The notes beneath the pieces were generated by a model. It searched no databases. It was not told where the DNA came from and worked only from the letters and a program-made list of their open reading frames with translations. Shown one piece after another: positions 17,414-26,543 of a stretch of 64,000 nt of DNA (the first letter of the stretch is position 1; each line of letters starts with the position of its first letter). The position numbers and the translations under genes are program-made. This DNA is from Chloroflexaceae bacterium (GTDB lineage Bacteria > Chloroflexota > Chloroflexia > Chloroflexales > Chloroflexaceae), in the NCBI GenBank assembly GCA_034437035.1, contig DAOTUI010000072.1:55107-119106 (forward strand). Reading direction: 5' to 3'.

Positions 17414-20380
17414 TTAATACAACGCCTCGAAGATCAGGTGCGGATCTTGCTTACCTTTGAGGGGCACCGCGCCAAGGGGACGCAACTGGCGGGGTCCATT
17501 CCAGTTGGGCGGCAGGGCACTATGCAGGTTGTGGGAGACAATAATCTGCCCGGGGCGGGCAATGTTGGAGAGCCGGCTGGCCGTATTGACGACATCACCG
17601 ATCAGGGTGTAGTCCAAACGCTGCTCGGAGCCAACATTGCCCACAACCGCGCGCCCAAAGCTGATACCGATGCCCATGCCGATATCCAGGCTCAATTCCT
17701 GACACCAGTCGGTACTCAACCGTGCCAGCGCCTGCTGCATATCAATGGCGGCCCGCAAGGCTCGCTGGGGATCATCCGGTCGGCTGATGGGTGTACCAAA
17801 CACACCGATAATGCCATCGCCCAGAAATTTGTCGATGGTTCCGTCATACTCGTAGAGCACCTCAGTCATGGCATTAAAGTAGCGATTGAGGATCTGCTCA
17901 ATCAGGATATTCGGCTCAAGCCGCTCCGTCATTGAGGTAAAGCCGCGCAGGTCGGCAAAAAGCACAGCAACCTGGCGCTCGGTGGGACGGCCCCACTCCT
18001 GGCCGGCGCTGAGTAACTGCTCGGCAACCGGCGGCGAGACATAGCGGCGAAACACGCTACGCACCCGGTCGCGTTCCTGCCGTTCCAGGGCTTTAATGGC
18101 GCTAATATCCTGGAGCACGGCAACCCGGCCAATCGGCTGGCCGTCGGTGCTGCGTACCGGGGCGACACTCACGCTATAGGTAGTTTCCTGATCGGGCAGC
18201 ACCAGCTCGCTCGGCTTGCCGATGGTATCCCGATTGAGATTCACTGAGAGGAGCGGGAGTAACTCACTCAGCACCAGATCGCCATACCCGTTGACTTCGA
18301 GTTGTCCCAGTGATTTGCCTCGGTTCTGCTTCAGATCAAAATGAAAGCGTTCCTCGGCGGCACGGTTGGCGAGCAGCAACTCATCTTCCGGGCCAATCAG
18401 CAGGATCGGGTCGGCGGCACCGCGCAGGACGGCATTCAGCGTACTGCGCTCATCCTCCACAGCGCGATAGAGGCGCGCATTGTCAATCACCTGGATGATG
18501 AGGCTGGCGATCGTCGTTGCCAGTTCCAGATCGGCATTCCCAATACGATCTTCCCAGCCGGTTGCATCAATGCCGATCAAGCCCATAACATGGGTACCAG
18601 TCAGGAGCGGCACAACAATCAGCGCTTTAACATCGCGTTCCCGGAAAAAGCGATGCAGTGCCTGTAATGCCGGCCTGGTCTGCACATCGGTGACAATACG
18701 CGGCGCGCGCAGATCATGCAGACGAGCCTGCACATCCGACCGAGCAAAATGGTGGCGGATAAACAGTTCACCTTCCACCGTTGCCCCGCCATGCAGCGCT
18801 ACCAGAATATGCTCTGCACCTTCTCCATTATCCAGCAGCACCAAACCGGCCTGCTCAACGCCAAACGCCCGGGCCACCGACTCAGCCGCCAGATGCAGAT
18901 TCTGAATAGCATCAAGCTGTTCGGTAATCGCAACCGAGAGTTTGTTGACCTGATTAAGCTGGCGAATGCGCCACTGTTCATTCTCCAGCAGGCGCGCATT
19001 CCCCAGGGCAATTCCCAACTGGCTGACGATCGCGCTCAGGACGGCTTCTTCATTCGGGCCAAAGGCTGCCGGTATGGGACTCTGCACATTCAGTGTACCC
19101 AGCACCTCGCTACGCAGAACAATCGGCAGCACAATCTCCGACCGGATCGTGGCATCATCGGGCAGCAGGCTGATAAACCGCTCGTCCAGGCGTACATCAT
19201 CCACGCGGGTAATTTGTTGATGCCGGATCGCCCAACCCGTGATGCCCTGTGACATGGGGAAGCGCAACAACGACGGTAGTTCACTGCGCATCATTCCGGC
19301 ACTGGAATGCAGCACCAGATCCCCGCCCTCGCACATCAACACATGCACCTGGGGATAGCCAAACTGCTGATGGACCATATAGGCCACAAGGCGCAGGAGT
19401 TGCTCCGGTTGCATCAGTTCGGACATTAGCGCGCTAATCTCATTGATCCGCCGCAGTTCATCCGCACGCCGCTCCAGCAACTCCTTCTGACGCTGCGTCA
19501 GGCTAAAAAGCTGCGCGCTCTCGAGAGCGACCGCGCTCTGTGCGGCAACCGAACTGAGCAGTTCGATATGCTGCTCGCTAAAATACCCCGGTGTGTGATG
19601 TACCAGGGTAATCACGGCCAGCACGCGCCCCTCACGCACCACCGGCATTGCCGCCACGCTACGCACATTAAAGTGATAGCCGGCATTCCCGATCCAGCGG
19701 GGATCATCGCGCGTGTCGTCAACGATCAGTGACACCCGTTTCTGGAGCACCCAACCGGCCACACCCTGACGCAAAATATCGCTGAGCAGGGGCGTTGCCG
19801 GGTTACGACTGCTGGAATAGCAGACCGTCTGTTCATCTTCGTCGAGCAGAATAATGCTGGCACGCACAGCACCGACGGCATCGGCCAGATGATCGAGGAA
19901 GCGGGTGAGCAGGGTATCCAGTTCAATCGAAGCGCCAAGTTCGCGCGTCAGGTGCAGGAGCAGTTCCGTCTTGCGTTGCTCATTCTGCAGGCCCCGTTGC
20001 GCTCGCTGGAGCCGCAACATCGCGCGCACACGCGCCAGTAGTTCATCAACGGCCAGCGGTTTGACCAGAAAATCATCCGCACCCGCATCCAGGCTCATCA
20101 CACTGGCTTCGAGATCAGTGCGCTCGGTAATAATAATGATCGGGATAAACGGCTTGGATGTATCAGCCTTAAGCCGGCGGGTCAGTTCCAGGCCATTTTT
20201 ATCCGGCAAAAGCAGATTAAACAGGACAAGATCCGGTGTAATCAGGTGCAGATAGGCAAGGGCTTCTTCACCGCCGGCAGCCAGGGAAACTCGATAGCCG
20301 GCCCCACCAAAGGTTTCCTGTAGGAGGGAACGTGTATCCGCATCTTGATCAACAACCAGAATGTGAGATGGTTCTATCAT
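17414..20380 (-). CDS. Response-regulator receiver, multiple GAF (and PAS-like) domains, and a class III adenylate/guanylate cyclase
   Basis: N-terminal ILVVDQDADTRS...DLVLFNLLLPD receiver. C-terminal VAVLFADLRGFTSMTE...KFLGDGIIGVFG cyclase motifs. The likely ATG at 20380 gives MIEPSHILVVD. Confidence 0.85.
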   Translation of the reverse strand: MIEPSHILVVDQDADTRSLLQETFGGAGYRVSLAAGGEEALAYLHLITPDLVLFNLLLPDKNGLELTRRLKADTSKPFIPIIIITERTDLEASVMSLDAGADDFLVKPLAVDELLARVRAMLRLQRAQRGLQNEQRKTELLLHLTRELGASIELDTLLTRFLDHLADAVGAVRASIILLDEDEQTVCYSSSRNPATPLLSDILRQGVAGWVLQKRVSLIVDDTRDDPRWIGNAGYHFNVRSVAAMPVVREGRVLAVITLVHHTPGYFSEQHIELLSSVAAQSAVALESAQLFSLTQRQKELLERRADELRRINEISALMSELMQPEQLLRLVAYMVHQQFGYPQVHVLMCEGGDLVLHSSAGMMRSELPSLLRFPMSQGITGWAIRHQQITRVDDVRLDERFISLLPDDATIRSEIVLPIVLRSEVLGTLNVQSPIPAAFGPNEEAVLSAIVSQLGIALGNARLLENEQWRIRQLNQVNKLSVAITEQLDAIQNLHLAAESVARAFGVEQAGLVLLDNGEGAEHILVALHGGATVEGELFIRHHFARSDVQARLHDLRAPRIVTDVQTRPALQALHRFFRERDVKALIVVPLLTGTHVMGLIGIDATGWEDRIGNADLELATTIASLIIQVIDNARLYRAVEDERSTLNAVLRGAADPILLIGPEDELLLANRAAEERFHFDLKQNRGKSLGQLEVNGYGDLVLSELLPLLSVNLNRDTIGKPSELVLPDQETTYSVSVAPVRSTDGQPIGRVAVLQDISAIKALERQERDRVRSVFRRYVSPPVAEQLLSAGQEWGRPTERQVAVLFADLRGFTSMTERLEPNILIEQILNRYFNAMTEVLYEYDGTIDKFLGDGIIGVFGTPISRPDDPQRALRAAIDMQQALARLSTDWCQELSLDIGMGIGISFGRAVVGNVGSEQRLDYTLIGDVVNTASRLSNIARPGQIIVSHNLHSALPPNWNGPRQLRPLGAVPLKGKQDPHLIFEALY

Positions 20381-20732
20381 ACAACCAACCAGGTTTTCAC
20401 AAATATCTGTCGCGTGAGTATCGGGCAGTAAGGCATGGTCATCGCAATGCATCGATCTGAATACCCGGCTATGTTCTCCTCTAATGTACCATCACGGAAC
20501 CATAGCATACTCTATCCATGATCCGGTACGAAAGCGCGACTAGTGATGCATCAGCAAGAAACGGAGACATGTTCCGCCAGAATAGTATAGCATATCTCTG
20601 AAACGACCTGTGAAACCGTGAACCGGAGTCGCTCAAAAGCGGAAGCACCACATGCTGCTGCCGGCAGGTAGGGCTGTGGTATCATGCTGGTACGCTATCA
20701 TTACTTAAACAAAACAGAGTTGAGAGAAATCC

Positions 20733-21827
20733 ATGCAGAGTGAGTCATATGAGGCCCAGTCTTTAAGCCGTATCGCCGCTGAAGTGATGGATGTCGAGGT
20801 AATCCGGCCGGCCACTTCCGGCCCCAGCGGTGGAATATCCATCCAGGGCCAGTTGCGTATGGAACCGGACGCAGCATACGCGCACCTGGCCCCCCAGTTT
20901 CATATTCTGGGATACACTCCCATGCTCCGGCAGGAACGCAATGGTGTGGCGCTGCTGGCGTTCCCCGGCACAATCACGGTCAGCGAGTCGCGGTTGTGGC
21001 TGGCGCTGCTGCTGTTCGCGCTGACGGTGGTCTCAACGGTTTTTGTGGGTGGCTGGAGTGAAAGTGATGCTGGGGTTGTACGCTACAGTCTGGGGTTGGG
21101 CCTGGCATACAGCGCGGCGCTGCTCTCGATCTTGCTGGCCCACGAGATGGGGCATTTCCTGGTAGCACGGCGACTGGGAGTGGGGGTCAGCTATCCCTTT
21201 TTTATTCCCATGCCGCTGCTCTTTCTGGGAACGATGGGGGCCTTTATCGCCATGAAACAGCCACCACCCGACCGGCGCGCACTGCTCTCAATCGGCATTG
21301 CCGGGCCGCTGGCCGGTCTGCTCGTTGCCGTCCCGGTACTCTTTCTGGGGTTGCATCTCTCGGAAGTAAAGCCCCTGGTGCTTGAACCCAACACCATTCT
21401 TGAGGGTAATTCGTTGCTCTACTCGGCGATGAAAATTATGGTGTTCGGGCGTTTTCTCCCCAGTGGCGGGGAAGATGTGCTGCTGCATCCGGTCGCCCTG
21501 GCAGGCTGGGCCGGATTGCTCGTTACCGGGCTTAATCTGCTCCCCGCCGGGCAGTTGGATGGCGGGCATATTCTCTTTGCGTTGTTTGGTCCCCAGGTGG
21601 CCCGGATTGTCACCTGGATTATTGCCGCCGGTCTGCTGGCAATGGGCTTCCTCTGGCCGGGTTGGTTCATCTGGGCAATCCTGATTACGCTGCTTGGACA
21701 ACAGCGCGCTCCGTTGCTCAACGAGGTGACGCCGCTGGATCGCCGCATGCAACTGCTGGCTATTCTTGGGTTGATCGTCTTCATGCTGGTTTTCGTACCC
21801 CGACCGATTACGCTCATCGGTGGCTGA
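20733..21827 (+). CDS. Site-2 protease family (peptidase M50) membrane metalloprotease
   Basis: HEMGHFLVARR zinc motif, multiple TM segments and the NLLPAGQLDGGH motif. Confidence 0.8.
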   Translation: MQSESYEAQSLSRIAAEVMDVEVIRPATSGPSGGISIQGQLRMEPDAAYAHLAPQFHILGYTPMLRQERNGVALLAFPGTITVSESRLWLALLLFALTVVSTVFVGGWSESDAGVVRYSLGLGLAYSAALLSILLAHEMGHFLVARRLGVGVSYPFFIPMPLLFLGTMGAFIAMKQPPPDRRALLSIGIAGPLAGLLVAVPVLFLGLHLSEVKPLVLEPNTILEGNSLLYSAMKIMVFGRFLPSGGEDVLLHPVALAGWAGLLVTGLNLLPAGQLDGGHILFALFGPQVARIVTWIIAAGLLAMGFLWPGWFIWAILITLLGQQRAPLLNEVTPLDRRMQLLAILGLIVFMLVFVPRPITLIGG

Positions 21828-21932
21828 TCTATGCCGGTGGGGATGCCGGCAAACGTCGGCTAACGACTACCAGTGGTATAATTGGCCCGGCAGGTACCAG
21901 GCGATTTGAAGTAAACAGGACATGGGCAACCT

Positions 21933-22778
21933 ATGGAAGTGACAGAGAGTATTGCACAGGCAGCCGCGGCCATCGCCAATGCCGATGCGCTGCTGATTAC
22001 GGCGGGCGCAGGAGTTGGGATCGACTCCGGGTTGCCGGATTTTCGGGGCAACCAGGGCTTCTGGCAGGCCTATCCGCCAATTGCCCGGCTAGGTTTGTCG
22101 TTTACCGATATGGCAAATCCCAGTTGGTTTGAACAGAAACCCCGGCTGGCCTGGGCGTTCTACGGGCATCGGTTGAACCTCTATCGCCGCACCACGCCCC
22201 ACGCGGGCTTTACCCAACTGCTCGAGCTGGCCCGGTCAAAACGTGGTGGGTATTTTGTCTTTACCTCAAATGTTGATGGGCAGTTCCAGAAAGCCGGATT
22301 TGATGTCGAGCAAATCGAGGAGTGCCATGGCTCGATCCACCATTTTCAGTGTTGCCGTCCCTGTAATAACACCATCTGGGATGCCCATCATATCAAAGTC
22401 GATGTCGATGAAGAGACCTTCGAGGCACGCGACCCGCTGCCCCGTTGTATCCGCTGCAACACGGTTGCCCGCCCGAATATCCTGATGTTTGGCGACTGGG
22501 CCTGGATTGCCGACCGTACCGATCAGCAGAGTCGCCGACTGCGTGACTGGCTCAAACAACTGAGCCGCGAACGGCTGCATCTTGCGGTTGTCGAAGTGGG
22601 CGCAGGTCAGGCGGTTCCCACGGTACGCATGAAATCCGAGGCCGTTGCGGATATGCATAATGCGAAGCTGATCCGCATCAATCCACGCGACTATAGTGTG
22701 CCACGCGGGCAGATTGCGCTCCCTATGGGTGGTGCCGAGGGTGTGGGGCAGGTGTATTCACAGATCTATGGCAAGTGA
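21933..22778 (+). CDS. Sir2-family NAD-dependent protein deacylase
   Basis: GAGVGIDSGLPDFRG, catalytic HG, and Zn ribbon cysteines (CCRPC ... CIRC). Confidence 0.85.
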   Translation: MEVTESIAQAAAAIANADALLITAGAGVGIDSGLPDFRGNQGFWQAYPPIARLGLSFTDMANPSWFEQKPRLAWAFYGHRLNLYRRTTPHAGFTQLLELARSKRGGYFVFTSNVDGQFQKAGFDVEQIEECHGSIHHFQCCRPCNNTIWDAHHIKVDVDEETFEARDPLPRCIRCNTVARPNILMFGDWAWIADRTDQQSRRLRDWLKQLSRERLHLAVVEVGAGQAVPTVRMKSEAVADMHNAKLIRINPRDYSVPRGQIALPMGGAEGVGQVYSQIYGK

Positions 22779-23022
22779 TTACTAAAACCTTCATCTCCTG
22801 GCCCATATATCGCTGTCCCGCTGAGCCACGCTTCCCGTAAGGCCGGGTTCAACCCAGGAACGGTGACGCGACTCAACCAGCGTTGGCATGTGATGCTGCG
22901 CACCGCCGTTTCTGCCGGCATCTGTGGACAGGCCGCGCACTGATGATACAATAGGGTCTGCCCGCCGAACAAAAGTCACGATAGAATAGCGCTTGCAGAA
23001 ATATCACTGTATGGTCAATGCT

Positions 23023-24180
23023 ATGAACTTCGTCTTCCTGTCACCCGACTTTCCGCCCAACTACTATCTCTTCTGCGCCCACCTGCACACCATGGGCGCA
23101 CATGTCCTGGGAATATCCGACCAGCCGCGCACCAGCCTGCATCCGAATCTGGTAGCCGTTCTGACTGAGTATCACCGCGTCTCCGACCTGCACAACTATG
23201 ATGAAGTGTTGCGCGCCCTCGGTTACTTTACCTATCACTACGGCAAAATTGATCGGGTCGACTCGCTCAACGAGCACTGGCTGGGGATCGAAGCCCGGCT
23301 ACGCACTGACTTCAACATTGACGGCTACAAATTGGCCGATCTGCCCCGGATCAAACGCAAGTCGGAGATGAAACGTTTGTTTGTTGCCGCCGGTCTGGAT
23401 GTCGCGCGCGGGGAATTAGTACAATCTGCCGAGCAGGCCTACACCTTCGTCGAGGAGGTAGGCTATCCGGTCGTCGCCAAGCCGGATATCGGCGTCGGTG
23501 CCGCCCGCACCTACAAAATCACCAATCGTCAGGAGTTGGAAACATTTCTGCGTGAACGGGATACCGAGTATCTCCTGGAAGAGTTTATCGAAGGCGTGAT
23601 CCAGACCTTCGATGGCCTGACCGACCAGCAGGGCATTCCGGTGTTCTACACTTCAATGCAGTACAGCCACGGGGTAATGGAGGTGGTCAACGCCGACGGC
23701 GATGTCTACTACTTTACCCAGCGGCGGGTTCCGCAGGATCTGGAGCGGGCCGGACGTACGCTGGTGCAAAGGTTTGCCGTGCGCGAACGCTTCTTTCATT
23801 TTGAGTTCTTCCGCACCCCGGCGGGCCGGCTGGTGGTGCTGGAAATAAATGTACGTCCACCGGGTGGCCTGAGCATCGACATGTTTAACTATGCGAATAA
23901 TATTGATCTCTACTACCAGTGGGCCGGCGTGATTACGCAGAATCGCTTTTCGGCCCGGTTTTCCTGGCCGTACCATATCTGTTATGCCGGACGCAAGCAT
24001 AACAAGCCTTATCTGCATACCCATGACCAGATTATGCATACTTACGGCGCTCTGGTTATCCATCATCAGCCAATGAGCCGCATATTTCGGGATGCGATGG
24101 GCGACTATGGCTACCTGGTGCGTTCATCCGATTGTGATGAGGCAATCGCAATTGCGCAGTTTATTCAGGCTAAAGTCTAA
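23023..24180 (+). CDS. ATP-grasp domain protein (carboxylate-amine ligase-like)
   Basis: GYPVVAKPDIGVGAARTYKI and LLEEFIEG motifs fit an ATP-grasp fold. The ATG at 23023 (MNFVFLSPDF) is preferred over TTG 22993. Confidence 0.65.
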   Translation: MNFVFLSPDFPPNYYLFCAHLHTMGAHVLGISDQPRTSLHPNLVAVLTEYHRVSDLHNYDEVLRALGYFTYHYGKIDRVDSLNEHWLGIEARLRTDFNIDGYKLADLPRIKRKSEMKRLFVAAGLDVARGELVQSAEQAYTFVEEVGYPVVAKPDIGVGAARTYKITNRQELETFLRERDTEYLLEEFIEGVIQTFDGLTDQQGIPVFYTSMQYSHGVMEVVNADGDVYYFTQRRVPQDLERAGRTLVQRFAVRERFFHFEFFRTPAGRLVVLEINVRPPGGLSIDMFNYANNIDLYYQWAGVITQNRFSARFSWPYHICYAGRKHNKPYLHTHDQIMHTYGALVIHHQPMSRIFRDAMGDYGYLVRSSDCDEAIAIAQFIQAKV

Positions 24181-24198
24181 AAAGGCAAACCATACCGT

Positions 24199-24660
24199 AT
24201 GCTCAAGTTTATTCTTATCACCATCACCGCCCTGGTTATCCTCGGCTTTGCCGGTATCTTCATCTGGGCACGTACCGCATCCCGTCCCGAGAATCTGGGC
24301 GTAACTAATGGGCAACTCGCGCCCTGCCCCGATACACCCAACTGCGTCACCACACAACAGGGCAATCCCGACCAGCAGATGGAACCACTACGCTATACGA
24401 CCTCCCAGGAGGAAGCACAGGCACGCCTGCTCCAGATTGTCGAGACGATGCCACGCTCACGGATCATTACCAACCAGCCGGGCTACATTGCCGTGGAGTA
24501 TCGCTCCCCAACCTTCGGCTTCCCGGATGATACGGAGTTTCTGTTTGATGCGGAGAACAATGTAATTCATTTTCGCTCGGCTGCGCGGCTGGGGCGCTCG
24601 GATCTGGGGGTCAACCGGGAACGCATGGAGGAGATCCGGCAGAAGTTTCACGCATCATAA
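24199..24660 (+). CDS. DUF1499-family membrane-anchored protein
   Basis: N-terminal TM helix, PDTPNCVTT motif and FPDDTEF motif typical of DUF1499. Confidence 0.6.
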   Translation: MLKFILITITALVILGFAGIFIWARTASRPENLGVTNGQLAPCPDTPNCVTTQQGNPDQQMEPLRYTTSQEEAQARLLQIVETMPRSRIITNQPGYIAVEYRSPTFGFPDDTEFLFDAENNVIHFRSAARLGRSDLGVNRERMEEIRQKFHAS

Positions 24661-24662
24661 TA

Positions 24663-25976
24663 TCACTCCGCGTCTTGTAACTCCTGCCGGCGCTGCATTG
24701 CCCAGGCTTCCTCATCCGCGCGGGTGGCAATCAGACCATCAAGCCGGGCAGCGCGTAGCTCACGCAGGATCTGCCCAAGCTGCGGCCCCGGCAGAATACC
24801 CAACCGCCGTAACGCATGCCCGTCGAGCAGTTGCATCGCCGGTTGTAGATGCACCAGGTAGTGCGTAATCACTTCGGGAATGGGCGACGGCTCCGCCACG
24901 CGTACCACCTCCAGCGTCACCACACCAAAAGGTCGCAGCAGATGATCCAGTTCGCTGTTGCGCAGGTTGTGTGTAAGCTGATCGCGGATTGCCTGCAGCG
25001 CATTCAATTCGCGTAGGAGCCGCGCGGCATCACCCGGCAGGCGGTAGCGCACCGCTAGATCGTTCCGCTCCTCCGCCGTGAGATCATATGTCAAGAGACC
25101 AGCGTAGTGCAACGGATTGAGGCTGGTAGCTTCAGCAGCGCGGGCGCGGACGCAACGTGCAGCCAGGGCTGCACTCCAGTGCAGCGGCGCGAAGATATGC
25201 GGCGTCACCCTCCACGCATCCGCCAGACGCAATACTTCTTCCGGTTGGGGCTCCGCAAGCGCAAGACAAAGCTCTGTGCGAATACGATCCGGACTGGTTG
25301 CTTCCAGCCGACCCCGCGTTAAGGCTCCCGCAAGCAACGTCTGCGTGTGCGGCTCCAGATGGAACCCTAGCCGAGCCGCCAGGCGCAACCCCCGCAGTAT
25401 GCGCGTCGGATCATCGTCAAAACTCACGTCGTGCAGCACGCGCAGGCGGCCTGCGGCCAGATCCTGCCGACCCTCGAACGGGTCCAGCAGCGTGGTGGGG
25501 GCCAGATGTCCATCAACGGTTCGCACCGGCAGCGCTATCGCATTGATGCTAAAATCGCGCCGCCGCAAGTCCTGGTCAATGCCGGCAGGCTGCACCACCG
25601 GCAGCGCCGCCGGCTGAGGATACTGCTCAACCCGGGTGCGCGCCAGGTCAAGCGCAAGCGGATGGGCCATTGCCTCGGCGTGGAACTTCTCCAGGATGAC
25701 CGTCGCCGTACCAAAAGCGCGATGCGCGGCACTGACCGTGCCCTCCAGATCTGCCGCCAGCATGCGCCCAAACGCCACCGCATCACCCTCGACCATCAGA
25801 TCCAGGTCACGCTCAATCGGTTGCTCCAGCAGCAGGTCGCGGACAACACCACCTACCAACCAGAGCGTCACCTGCTGCACCTGTGCCAGCGCAGCAGCCC
25901 GCACCAGCAACGCCTGAAGCGGTTGGCTCAACCCTGATAGCAATGCAGAGTCGGCACGATGAGTAAGTTCAGGCAT
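24663..25976 (-). CDS. tRNA nucleotidyltransferase / poly(A) polymerase family (CCA-adding enzyme-like)
   Basis: LVGGVVRDLLL...DLDL head-domain motif and RDFSINA motif. AAGGAAG SD. Confidence 0.8.
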   Translation of the reverse strand: MPELTHRADSALLSGLSQPLQALLVRAAALAQVQQVTLWLVGGVVRDLLLEQPIERDLDLMVEGDAVAFGRMLAADLEGTVSAAHRAFGTATVILEKFHAEAMAHPLALDLARTRVEQYPQPAALPVVQPAGIDQDLRRRDFSINAIALPVRTVDGHLAPTTLLDPFEGRQDLAAGRLRVLHDVSFDDDPTRILRGLRLAARLGFHLEPHTQTLLAGALTRGRLEATSPDRIRTELCLALAEPQPEEVLRLADAWRVTPHIFAPLHWSAALAARCVRARAAEATSLNPLHYAGLLTYDLTAEERNDLAVRYRLPGDAARLLRELNALQAIRDQLTHNLRNSELDHLLRPFGVVTLEVVRVAEPSPIPEVITHYLVHLQPAMQLLDGHALRRLGILPGPQLGQILRELRAARLDGLIATRADEEAWAMQRRQELQDAE

Positions 25977-25983
25977 AACTTCC

Positions 25984-26012
25984 TTGACAGTCAGGCTGTT
26001 CAGTGTTAAGAT
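25984..26012 (+). promoter_or_regulatory. Sigma70-type promoter for tRNA-Val (TTGACA-17 nt-TAAGAT)
   Basis: -35 TTGACA at 25984-25989, a 17-nt spacer, and -10 TAAGAT at 26007-26012. The tRNA 5' end is at 26025. Confidence 0.6.
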
Positions 26013-26019
26013 CTAGCAT

Positions 26020-26101
<82 letters not shown>

Positions 26102-26161
26102 GACCATTGTAACGCAACTCAGCCGAAATCGAAGCAGCAGTCCTGCAAACCAACATCCGCT

Positions 26162-26189
26162 AACCACCTCGATTACAACCGGGGTGGTT
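26162..26189 (+). terminator. Possible terminator hairpin after tRNA-Val
   Basis: AACCACC...GGTGGTT stem followed by GTTTGTGT. Confidence 0.35.
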
Positions 26190-26543
26190 GTTTGTGTAAT
26201 CTCAATCCGGCAGCAACCCCCGTCGAACAGGCGTTCCGGGAAGGCATCGGTGAGCTACACAACATCATTTTTCGCCGGAATACTAATTCTCCTGGTATGT
26301 ATCTTGCTAGGAGACCTGCTATGAGGGTATCAGGCATTCATCACTTGTTCATCATAGACATTATCAAATTTTTATCAAAATCAGTACTCTGGTCCCTTTC
26401 ATACGTAGCTATTTCATACTATGATGTAATAGTACCTAAGCGTCTACCATGGTGACTCGTAAAATGGTAAACGGAGCAGTATACTCATAGAGATAAAGAC
26501 ACATAACTATGTTGGTTCCGCTTAGCAGCAGGAGAAGACAAAA

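Noticed and set aside
21933-22778. Sir2-domain gene as an anti-phage defence component
   Set aside because: It is a complete canonical sirtuin with a Zn ribbon. It has no fused or adjacent HerA, TIR, SLOG or Argonaute-type partner and is embedded among housekeeping genes.
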